NCBI GenBank assembly: GCA_040954595.2
Contig: CM082592.2
Coordinates: 8,295,677-8,359,676 of the forward strand
Reading direction: 5' to 3'
Length of the DNA stretch: 64,000 nt
Source: Balanoglossus misakiensis
Taxonomy: Eukaryota; Animalia; Hemichordata
Shown: positions 27,219-38,295 of the stretch, piece by piece
Numbering within the stretch: the first letter of the stretch is position 1
Layout of the letters: every line of letters begins with the position of its first letter
Notes under the pieces: model-generated
What the model was told of the DNA's origin: nothing
What the model saw: only the letters and a program-made list of their open reading frames with translations
Database searches by the model: none
Translations under genes and position numbers: made by a program

Positions 27219-30200
27219 ATGTCGTTCATCACGGTGAAGTACGGAGGTGGGTGTGATTCAAACAGGTGTCGACGGCCCAAATATCGGATTGGGCGGGGCG
27301 TTCATATGTTTGGCTTCCTTCGTCCCGCAAATATTTGAGTTGAACGTCGCGTGTCACTGGTTTACCAGATATTTCCATCATATACATATATGTTATGTCT
27401 GTGTCCTCATTTCCACATTCTTCCATAACTGTTTCAGCCTATATCCCTTTTAATTTGTTCTTTTTTGTCAGATAACCAACAGAAAATTTTCAACCCCCTG
27501 TGCTCAAATATGGTTCTTCTAGAGTGTATAAGACGAAACTGTAAATGCGAAAAAGGAGGTAAGGCAATGTCAGATTTGTGAGACAAGGTACTAATGTTTC
27601 TCATCCATACATTATGACACAGCTCTTTGAGTTAATCCATAAATGTGACAGGACGGATGAATTTATGTGTGGCTCTTGCAAGGGTATATGACCGTGAAGT
27701 CGTGGGAATACCTTTGGCATGCGACTTGGTGGTAGTTTGTCGACTGTTTGTATGACAGACAATCTTGAAGACCAGGGTATAGCCTTTGTCACCATGCAAT
27801 ATTTCCGGGTCATTGCTGCCTTTGTGTTGCAGATTCTGTTCGTTTTCACGGACAATCGACAAAATCCTTGGCGGGGTACCTGAGCCAGGTTACAATTAGC
27901 GGCCGCCTCATCAACATCGATGCGCGAAAACATTTGACGTGTGGATCATTTCTCTAAGCGACAACCATGCGACAACCCAGACAGTATCTTCAAAACGACA
28001 ATGACAGAAAATCGTTCAATGATGGGGTGCAAAACTGTGAATTTTATGAGATTTTTTGAATTTTCCACAAAACGTTGATATCGTGACGTCATCTTCCACT
28101 GTCTGTGACAGTTCAGACTGTAATGCCGGAATTCGCTGCAAATTTGTTCAACACTAAACCAATGCTAGAAAAATAAAATGGACGGTCGGACGGTAATGGA
28201 GATGGAATTTCACATTATCGGCAACGTGAACGCACCAGCCTGTGCAGCTCAGAGCGTGTATTCATGCATGCCTACGGGGACTTATTGTACATGCGCAACA
28301 GATCGCAAAAATCCTCATCGACAACATTTGGGCGCAGTATCATTGGTCTCGCCGTGCAGTAATCCGCAAACATGCCATCATAACATGAACCGTCCACAGA
28401 GCAATAAAAAGAAGCGACGTTTGGATTTTTGTCGCAACGTTTGCTTTTAACCCGCGTTGACAGTGAATCATGTGTCACACACAGATTCACAATCAGGACA
28501 AATTAGGCTACGTTAAAATCTCCAATCTCACGCTACAATAAGCTCTGATTTACGATGAAACGTGGAATATATATTTTTTGAAAACACAATAAGCTTTATT
28601 ACCACAACGCACACTCAAAGATGCAAATACAAAGAGCGCGGGATTGGGGGGACTTTTTGTCAGCGATTCAATATATGACACGGTGTCAGTTGAACACATC
28701 GAATTCTCTGACCCTTTCAAATCATCAGTTGGTTCTACAATCCCTACACGCATACAAATGGGCCTTAAATGCCTTTTCGCGTTTGTGTATTAGATTCGCT
28801 TGAATTGGTCCGTGGACTGAACTGGAAAAGGTGGGCGATTCTGAGGCAGGAGTGCCGCGCCAATTGATAGCCGGGCTTGTAGAGTTTCGCATTTATTCGC
28901 TTTGCACAAGGGGACCTCTTCTCGTTTCTGATCCATCTCACACTATCTCCCCCCGAACCCTCTGGCTCTTGGTTGTACAGTCTATCACTTAAGTTTAGAA
29001 GGCGTATGACCTGTCAATTTAAGGTGACCTGTGTCAGTGACGATATTATACCCTTTTTCTTTTCTAAAACTGAAACAAAACAGTGTGTATACCTAACACT
29101 ATCAGTGTCCCTATCCATTGGCAATCTGTGAATGCCGCGATCAATTACTCCACTTGCTTTATTTTGCCAAAGGTGCAATTTTAACAAACACCGTGTACTT
29201 TGTACTGCTTGAGTACGCGTCTTTACCTGTTCTGTAAGACATGCTTGACCGAGTTCGGCATCTCCCGAACGAGGGAACCCTGGGTAGTAATGCACGGAGG
29301 CAACGTTAAAGGCCGGCGACCGTCTTATGCGCATGTGCGAAATTTCTTGTGCACAAACATATACCGTCCCGCAGTCCAAATGTTCTGCAATTTTTTGTTG
29401 TTGCAGTGACGTTAGATTTATCTGATGCAGAAGGAAATGTCAAACATCTCAGCGACAACTTGCAATCGTACGCAACAAACTATTTACAAGGAAGAACGAC
29501 GTATTGGCTCATCAAAATAGAAAGTAAGTTACATTTTTTCCTTTCTGTGTTGTATGATATAGCCCCCTTACTCTACTAGTATTCCAATGGATACCTTACA
29601 TTTGCACGTATATCCCTCCCACACAATCACTCATCTATCCATCCGGAATCTGTTAAGTATTGGTTTTGTTTTTGTCTGTTTCTTGCAGAAGGCAGCGGTG
29701 ATAATCCAAATAAGTATACGCTGCATCTGGAAGATCCAGAAATCCACGTGCCTGACCTACTCCGTAAGTAGTCACTGAACGTACTTTTTCTAAGTCTCGT
29801 TCATTCTCGCGAGGCAGAGCTTTCACTTACGATGAATGCGAGAGAGAAGGCCGTAAAAAGGCTCGTCTTTGCGACGATGGCAACTTTGGCATTTTATGAT
29901 ATTTTATAGTACCATTTGTGCGCAGCTGGAATCTACAGGCACAGGTGTTCACCCAGACATTGCATAACGATATTAGCAGGTTATCCATTACCCATTGTGT
30001 TTGCTTGCACAGGTGTCGAGGCTTTTGTTTTTCTTTGTAGGAACCAGCATAATGACTGAACTTTTTGCGCAATAATTGGTTTCAATGTCCAGCCATAGAC
30101 CCAAGGCTCTATGGCTCGGCTAAGTATGGTTCAAGGGCATAAGGGATTCTTTTCTATCAGGGTACTGAATTGAATTTGGAGAATTACATGCACACTGAAC

Positions 30201-30388
30201 TCGCAACATAAAACAGTTGTATTTTCCGTGTTGCAGAGCGATTGGAGAACTTGTCCAAGCCGGTTATTCGAACAATCTCCAGGAAAGATTCAAAGTGGGG
30301 CGTATTGAAAAAGATGAGGAAGCCGTCAGTTGGCAGCAAAAGACCGCCAAGCAATTCCAGCACGTCACCGGGACCGAGAAGGAAATAA
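27219..30388 (+). CDS. C22orf15/CXorf65-like uncharacterised protein, about 152 aa; exons 27219-27246, 27472-27558, 29407-29523, 29689-29763, 30237-30388
   Basis: Four phase-1 GT-AG introns give MSFITVKYGDNQQKIFNPLCSNMVLLECIRRNCKCEKGVTLDLSDAEGNVKHL...YATNYLQGRTTYWLIKIE...KYTLHLE...RLENLS...basic tail. This resembles from recall the CXorf65 (MFIFIKHGDNQQFLVNTNC...) and C22orf15 family. Not visible as a single ORF. Confidence 0.82.
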
Positions 30389-31767
30389 ATACCATGATGT
30401 CTGCGTCGCCAGTCCACCACGCTCAGTACTATTAAAAAATGAAATCATGACCAATGTGGAGGTCTTTGCGCTTATGTGTACGCTGTGTGTGTCTGGCGAC
30501 CCAAGTGCGCGAAAAGACGTGTAAAATGAGGAGGTTTAGGAAGTTTCCATGTAAGCCTCATTGTACCAGTCTTCTGTCTATGTTAGTGGTCACGTGAATA
30601 ATACGTCACTCAGAACCTCAATGGACTAGCCACGGGCACTACTACTAAAGCAAGCAAGTACACATGTACATGGCATATTGGTGCACCGTCTACAACCACT
30701 TGTTGAACACTAACCCTTTCGATATCATCGATAGAGTTCGAAAGACAACAGCAATTACAATTCTAGTCGTCGGAGGCGCTGTTTACTAAGCATGCATCTT
30801 GACGAAGGACAATTTCCATATCGTTGCAGTAATAATATCGTTTGTTGATGCATTAATATTGGAAGCTAACACAATCATGATGAAGAAATATATTTAAATC
30901 GCTTTTTAGCCTGGTTAGAGGCCTGGTAGTGTAGAAACATATTCACGCAACAAATAAAGTATTTGATATGTATTCTTTGAAAATATCTACAAAAACTGAC
31001 AGGATTACTCACACTGCTTCAATTTCTCTTCAATGGTGACAGCACACTTGAATTCTGTTCAAAATCTGTTTATGATTACAGTGATCTAATAAGACAATAA
31101 AAAGCGCTTTCATTTATAAAACAAATCTTTTCTATTTCAGTATCTACACTGGGAAACTTGCGTTCTTATGTCGTCCTGATTTTGGCACCAGCTGAGATAA
31201 CAGCTCATGACACGGATCACTCAGAACTGTTAACAAAAGCAACTTGATAATTTATCACTAGAGGGCGCCAACCGCAGGAACGTGGTTTGTTCCTTTCGGT
31301 TTAAAAAGTACACTGCTGCCAGATAAAAATACCACAAATGAAACAATTTGGACAATTCAAAAATATACATATATCATTCAGCACCAATAAATTACAGCAA
31401 TTATGGATAAAAGGTCAAAAATCAATCGCAATGTTAAATGACAATCCCCCAACCATTGATGGCAGGAGAGACTTTCGTAACATTGAACATTGTGAAGTAC
31501 GATCAAAAGTTTAAGGCACATAAATACACAATCAAATGGTCCTAATAACGAAATTTGAATTCTTATTCATTAGATGCAGCATTATTGAGAAAAAAAATAC
31601 TCCATAAGTGATTCACTTCCCCCGGACAAAAAGTTACAACACTAAACTGTTAAAAACTCAGTTGATGATAAAAACCTGGCTCGGTGATAGTTATGCACAT
31701 AATTCCCCTTTAAAAAGATCCCTTCAGGCCAGAATGACCAAAAGGTACCGTCTGGGTCAAAGGTCAA

Positions 31768-34700
31768 CTATACCTTGATGACGCCTGTCTCAGCAAGCAA
31801 TGCAGTGGTGAGGAAGGCGACGTACAGACATATAAGATAAATCCCGTACATCCTCGTGACACGAAATTTGCATATAAGCATGATGAGCACAGATGAGAGC
31901 AAACTGACAGCCAGGCCCCCAGCCAAGATCATTTGGACAGGCTCAGAATGTAACTAAAAAAACAAACCAGAAAGGTATAAAAATGAATGGCACAGCATTA
32001 AAAAAAAATCAAAGAACCTAATATGGGGAATTATCATGGCGGCCATTTTGAATTTTTAATGTTGATGATTTAGCATCTACTGAACACTTCAGAAGACATT
32101 ACTTGCAACCTAGAATATGACAACTCTCACCTTAAATACTCCACCATGCTTGATTGTCGCAATCGTGCATGAAATCCCAATGCCAAGTAACATATCTGAG
32201 GTCAAAGGTCAAGGACAACGACTCTAGTGTATTACATGAACAAGAGAAGAATCATGTGACCATGAATTTTCATTGCCATGGCTACAAGTCAGAAGGTTTC
32301 AGTTTTTTTACTTGCAAGACTTAATTTGATACAAGGACTCAAAACCAGGTGACAGGTATTGATTCGCGGGCAGCTTCTAAAGTAAATTCTGGTTATAAAT
32401 AGGATACTGAACATTGGTCCTCCGAAGCAAGCAGACATGCCCATATTTGGAAAACCTTGCTTTGCCATGGTGGTGTCGGCTATCAAATCTGGGAAAGAAG
32501 AATAAATAAGTTCATATGTCAATTCTGATGGAAGGAACGCCAGGTGACCGGTTTGATAGAGGCAAATCTGCATAGAATCCACTGTACAAGTTCATTTGTT
32601 GTCTAAGATCAGTAGGGTCAAAGTTCACTTCATCAGAGGTCAGCCAAAAGTCAGTGTACAGGTGAAAAAAGCTGACATTCAAAACTGAGTGTAAAAAAAC
32701 AGACAGACAGACTTTTCCGTATGAGTTCAATTTATGAGACCCTGTGTCTAAACATGTCTGTAAAAATGAAGCTATATTGGTGCTTTGCACACCATCCCTA
32801 ATTATCTACACTTTATACACACCTCCAATGCTGTTCCCCCAAGCAAGTAAGGTCAGGCCTAACACAGCATCACTGATGTCAAATTGAAGGCCAAACATCT
32901 ACAGAAAAAAATAAAAGTATTAAACAATGGCTTGCAAGTCATGTAAGGTATATTTCAATACTCAAAGAGCATTCATAGGTTCAACCATGTCAGAGGTACT
33001 TTCTGAACAGGATTTCCTTCTACTTACTTGCAAGAGATTGACAATCTCGTTGGCTATCGAGTAAATCCACAAGACAGCTACTATAAAACCCATGTATGCA
33101 AACACCTGGGGAAAAAATACAGACAGTAAAAAGAGAACCTGTATCAATCTTTCTAGGTCACAGAAACACGGTCTATTTCCCCCTGAAAACTTGACAAATA
33201 TCGATGAAAATCTGATACTCACCCAGTGATAGATTGGATAGTGTTCATGTTTTGACGTCAGAAAAACAACCACGGCGAAGACAACACAGATCGGTAGCAC
33301 CAACTCCCAGACGTAGAAATGACCGGCAATTGTCTTAAATGCAGCTATTGGGCAAGAAGAAGATGGTTCAATTTTATTTTAAATCAAAGAACAAAGTAAA
33401 TCTTAAGGCTTCAAGACATGTGTGTGTCACTGTGTGTGTGTGTGTGTGTATGTGCATCACCGTGTGTGTGTAAAACCATATAACAGTGGGAAGTGTACTC
33501 ACTTTTTGTGACGAAAATACAGAACATTGGTCCTGTGATGAGGTGCAGCGTGTTGAGCAGCCGGTTCCATTTGTGATCATCTTCGTCATAATCCACAACA
33601 GGTATTGTGATTTGTAAAGCAAATTGAAACGGCGCCTATATAAAGAACGAATGGGAGAAAATTGTGAGGGTTCGACAAAAGCACAACAGCTGGAAACAAA
33701 TTATCAGACACTGATACTGTATATATACCTTAAATATTTCATAAAACTTGGAATAAAATCTACTTTGTTTCCATTCTTTGGTGTCTATCGGATTAATGCC
33801 TTGTAAGAAAGTTTTGAATTGAGATGTTGGCGGTCTGCTCTCGACTCGACCCAGAAGAGGAACCAGTTCATCATCTGTTGGGGGAAATGAAAAGATTCAC
33901 TTTTTATATCAGATTATTGGTATGCATTTATGACTGTACTATGCTGTGCTTCTTATCGTGTGATAAGGGATTTCTGAGAAGAAACCATGACCAAAAGTGA
34001 CAACTATTTCCCCTCAAATATGCACTGGGCAAATTTTATCAAAATTTGAACAAACCTGGTGTTGGTCATTCTATATACTGAGACTCGCTCAATCATGACT
34101 AATAGCAAAACCTTGACAACTCCTGAAGCTCATCACAGTACCCGTAAGCATAGACCTTTTGAGTTTCTCATGATTCTGCAAATGTAAGCTGAAATACTGA
34201 TGGACTCACTTGATCTGGTAAAGGTACCGCTCTCCTCAACACTGGCCTGTGGTTGAAAAGCGTGACTTTTGGCGACTTGGGGCCCGAACAATGGAGCCAC
34301 TGTCAGCTTCTCTGTCGCACCCAACAAACCTGCATTTGAAATATATACAAGCATCAATCAACTGATGAAAATGACATATACCGGTACCTCAGAAGATTGG
34401 TGATGATATGGTCCAGTGAAAAAACACTTCCTTTTGGACTGGCCTTACCTTTGACGGCCCGGCTAGGTTTTGGCTGATCTGAGTTGACAGATGCATATCT
34501 GCTGTATGCCTCCGGATTTACCTCAGTGCTGTCAGTTGGTAATGAACTTGTCCCAGAACTTACATCATCACTGTCTGTCGCCAAAAAATCAACAACAACA
34601 ATATAATTGAAAACTGTTTAATAGTTTTATTAAATTGTACATAATTAAGGTATAGGCTGCAGTTTTGACTTTTCATACAGTATGAGAAAAAAACATTTGT

Positions 34701-37692
34701 TAAAAGACAAAAGGTCCATACAACAAAAATTACCAACTAACGAACGAATGACTTGTAGGACATACAATTCAATGAACGTTAATAAATGATTATTTAATCA
34801 ACAGACAGTAGTACAAAGTACACAAACCTACCATTAATGTCTTTGTTGTAATTTTCTGCTTCCTGTTTTTTCTTTTTCTGATATTGGTAAATTTTCCTTC
34901 CCACCAGGACCACAATCACATAAACAGCGTACAAACCAATAAACCCTGCATTGCAAAAGTCAAATGATGTGGTTGTCCCATGTGATCTAAAAAATTACGA
35001 CACTGTATGTTAACAGAACTTCTTTTGTATATGCTGATGTCTTCAAGGTCAAGTACAGTATATAGAGTAGTGAGGTACACTTTGAAATCAAAATGGCTGC
35101 TGATGGACTAAGTCTAAGTTTGGCTTTCGAACATGTAAACCGCACTCACCAATTGCTTCGGCCAGGTAAATCTCCTTGTCCCATAAAATTGTAAATGTCC
35201 AGAAGGCTGCGGCCAGATAGAAGATGCAATCGCGTAGAAACGGCCGCTCCGCTGCTTTGAATGGTTGCGTCAGAGCTATGGCTCCCACAACTATCGTAGT
35301 GACAAAGACACCAGCACCTGGAAAAATTACAGAAGAAACGATTGTTGGCAAGGACTGTGCTGAATTAAAGCATCATACCTAAGGAATGTTTGCGAGAGAA
35401 ATTGGTAGGAACTAAGACACAATGACTATCTATAGCTCTTACTGATTGTGTTGACTCTATTAGTTCATATGTTTCAAATATTCCCCACCATCCATGTGTT
35501 TCTCACTATAATGAGAGTGACAGGTAACAACTACAGAATGCTATTTTTTATGTCAAACATGTCTGGAATTTATTAACTAGGTGCCTGGTACAAGTCTCAC
35601 ATCTCTGGTTACTCCCCCGAAGGTGTACAATTTAGATAAGAGGTTTCATTCAGAAGTCTGTGACTGGAGCACACACTCAAGGGGTAATAAAAATCTTGAG
35701 AATACATTCCACTGTTTCAACGTGACGACAAAGTGTACTTTTGGAAACCAGTGACATTTCAATACCATAAGAAGAGTAGATCAGTGCTATGTTATCAATG
35801 AAAAGTACTTTTGGTCAGAAATGGTGTGAAACTTCATCAGGCTTTTCAATGCAGACATGAAAAGTAGATGGAGTATTTTTCTCACATTGTTCATCTCACT
35901 GGAGGGATAGTTTAACTCTCACTCACCGAAGAGAGCTCCAATGGCAAGACCGGCATCTCCGCTCTTGGAATTGGTGATCGCAGCTATTGCACTGAAGATG
36001 TCCGGGGCTCCATTTCCGAAGGCCAGGAAGGTGACACCGTAAAAGATCAAGTGTCAAGGAAGATTCTCATTATTTTGTTTTGTTTTGTTTCTGAATTTGT
36101 CAATTTAGCAGCCAAGGGACTTTCCTAAACATGCGACCTCATTGAGTTCTAGGAAGACTATATATCACGTCTGATAAAGGATATTGCTACAGTTTGGCTT
36201 AACTTCAATGTGTGTGATATAACAGCAAGGGATGGACAAAAACTGTTAAAGAAAGAAGAGAAATCTTTAAGGTTACAACAAATTTATATTACACAAACCA
36301 TCTCCATTATTTTCTAATACAAGGAGAAATACACCATGAAAAGGTCAAGAAATGTGGATTCAAGTTAAATTGCTGTATATATATTGTTCCATTTCCCGAC
36401 TTTAATTGAGACAATGATGGCTACAAGTTACACAAAACCAATGAGACCAATGAACTAATTCCCCGAAATACTTACAAATCTTCTGCTGTGGTTCCCAATG
36501 CTATAAACAGCCATACTAGCCAAATGAACTGAAAAGTAATGATCATGCCAGTGCTTGTTATGGGGAGAAAAAATTCAAAATCTTTAAAAAATAAATAAAG
36601 TCATGGTAATTTCTGTAACAAATTTGAAGAAGTTGCTTATAATGACAACCACGATACTTACCAAAAGAACCAATGCCAAAGGTATCAGTTTGTGCGGGAA
36701 ATGGCAATATACGAATTCGAGGTAGTTGACGAAACCATCCTGGATTTGGCAATCAGTGGTGTTCTTGATGAACCAGCATTGTTGTGACTCGTTTTGTCGA
36801 TGGTAACTGTGACACTGGAAATTAAAATAAATTTATACAGGATGTAAAAAAAATGCGCAGTGTGGTCTGTTTAATGTTTACCATCACAGGTATGTTTTTG
36901 AAAAGTGTTGAAAATCTTGCCTAAATATGGCATTTTGGGGTTTCATGAAAGGTATGCTATACATTTCTTCCTCAAGTTCATGACATTGAATTTGTGGCGT
37001 AGGAAAACAGCTGTGACATTGTGAAAGTTCAATGCTAATATATTGTTTCCATCACTAAAGGATATAGAGCCATGAACTACCCTTGTATCATACCCAATAG
37101 TCATGACCATGGAGCTGGGTAGCTCTGGACTTATGCGCTGTTTGGGTCTACGCTGCTCTCCGTCCCCCACAGAGCAGCGTAGACCCAAACAGCGCATAAG
37201 TCCAGAGCTAGGAGCTGGGTAACACACCTACCACAATCATCCGAATGACCTGAACTGAGCTAGCTAGCTCGAGGTTTTGCCTGTTATTTGGGGTGGGAAC
37301 CAGTGTTGACGGTTTGGCTGTCCACCCCCACCCCAAGGCAAAACCTCTCAGACAACGGTAGCAGACTACACTACCAAGGCTCCGCGGAAACCTTGTTGAA
37401 GTCAATGTAAATATACTCAGCTCACCGCAATATTCTTCGTGCGTGTTATTATGATTGACAACAGCTCATCTCCGGCGGCGCTTTCGTTCCAGTGATCACC
37501 GTTCGGTTCTGTAAATGACTTCAAACTTCTCTGCAAAAACCCCGAGTGCTGTCCAGACACCGGTACACTCTTCCGGTGGGCGTCGACGTCGCGGCGGGTG
37601 TTTGGTCCACGTCCGTCAAACACGGACACAAACACCAGACAGACGGTGGCCATACAGGCCACGCCGATAACTCTTCCCGTGGTTTGTTTCAT
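31768..37692 (-). CDS. SLC8B1: NCLX / SLC8B1 cation-Ca2+ exchanger, copy 1 (most canonical), about 685 aa, 17 exons: 37426-37692, 36662-36814, 36476-36528, 36185-36242, 35927-36038, 35150-35317, 34832-34945, 34449-34574, 34210-34329, 33729-33874, 33503-33635, 33223-33344, 33028-33105, 32823-32898, 32408-32488, 32131-32195, 31768-31953
   Basis: Alpha-1 repeat GVTFLAFGNGAPDIFSA and alpha-2 repeat GLTLLAWGNSIGDLIAD are diagnostic of the CCX/NCLX family. Also PFLRDCIFY, KWNRLLN and SACFGGPMFN. The exons sum to an intact 2058-nt ORF if the AT-AC intron is used. Confidence 0.93.
32196..32407 (-). other. U12-type GT-AG intron (intron 15) of NCLX copy 1
   Basis: 5' site GTATCCT, branch point TCCTTGAC (32208-32215) just upstream of AG, no long polypyrimidine tract. 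Confidence 0.85.
33419..33471. repeat. Interrupted (TG)n microsatellite
   Basis: tgtgtg runs in intron 11 of NCLX copy 1. Confidence 0.8.
36039..36184 (-). other. U12-type AT-AC intron (intron 4) of NCLX copy 1
   Basis: 5' site ATATCCTTT, branch point TCCTTGAC (36053-36060) just upstream of the terminal AC; restores the frame VA|GVTF. Confidence 0.93.
37111..37219. mobile_element. Small foldback/MITE-like insertion: 91-bp element (37120-37210) with perfect 40-bp inverted arms and 9-bp direct repeats
   Basis: The arm TAGCTCTGGACTTATGCGCTGTTTGGGTCTACGCTGCTCT (37120-37159) is the exact reverse complement of 37171-37210, with an 11-nt loop. GGAGCTGGG flanks both sides (37111-37119, 37211-37219). 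Confidence 0.85.
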
Positions 37693-37860
37693 GTCTCTCA
37701 ACTTACTACGGACCCTGATTCACGGTGGCTCTCTGCACGTTGATATAGCTTCCCCCATAGAGTCAGACAAGGCCTGGTCGATCAAGATCAGGTATAAGAC
37801 CGGTAGTCATTGCAGTGCAGTTCCAGAGTGTGTACAGGTGTAGGTAATGCCTGTTCATGA

Positions 37861-37892
37861 GTCATGTGATCGCACCTCACGTTGGTCACGTG
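37861..37892 (-). promoter_or_regulatory. M-box and CLEAR-like E-boxes upstream of NCLX copy 1
   Basis: GTCATGTGAT (37861-37870) and GTCACGTG (37885-37892), about 170-200 bp upstream of the ATG. Confidence 0.4.
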
Positions 37893-38295
37893 CACAAAGT
37901 TCACGAAAGGGGTCAAAAAGGTGATTGAACTCTCGCGACACAGAATTTATAACAGAATGGGCCAAGGGCTAGACTAGAAAAGAATAGAACAGAATAGCTG
38001 TTTTTAGAAATATTTGTTGCACTTTTATTTAAATGTACTTTAGAATTGTTCGAAAAGTATATTGTGTTACATACAGAGTGTCGTTTCGAGATAACCCGAA
38101 TGGATACACGTTGATATACTACTCATTCCTCGGTGACGGACATAAAAGTAGTCCGGCCGGCTGGAACAGATATAGAACGTTCCAATAAAAAAGTCTTATT
38201 GCATATATATAAGATTGATCGTGCTATATTGAACACACAGTTATTCTGAAGCTTATGATATGGCGTTCTACCCGTGTAGAATTCCCCGGGGACGC

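Noticed and set aside
30217-30435. 72-aa ORF as an independent gene
   Set aside because: It is an alternative frame over the last exon of the C22orf15-like gene; splice phase selects the frame ending at 30388.
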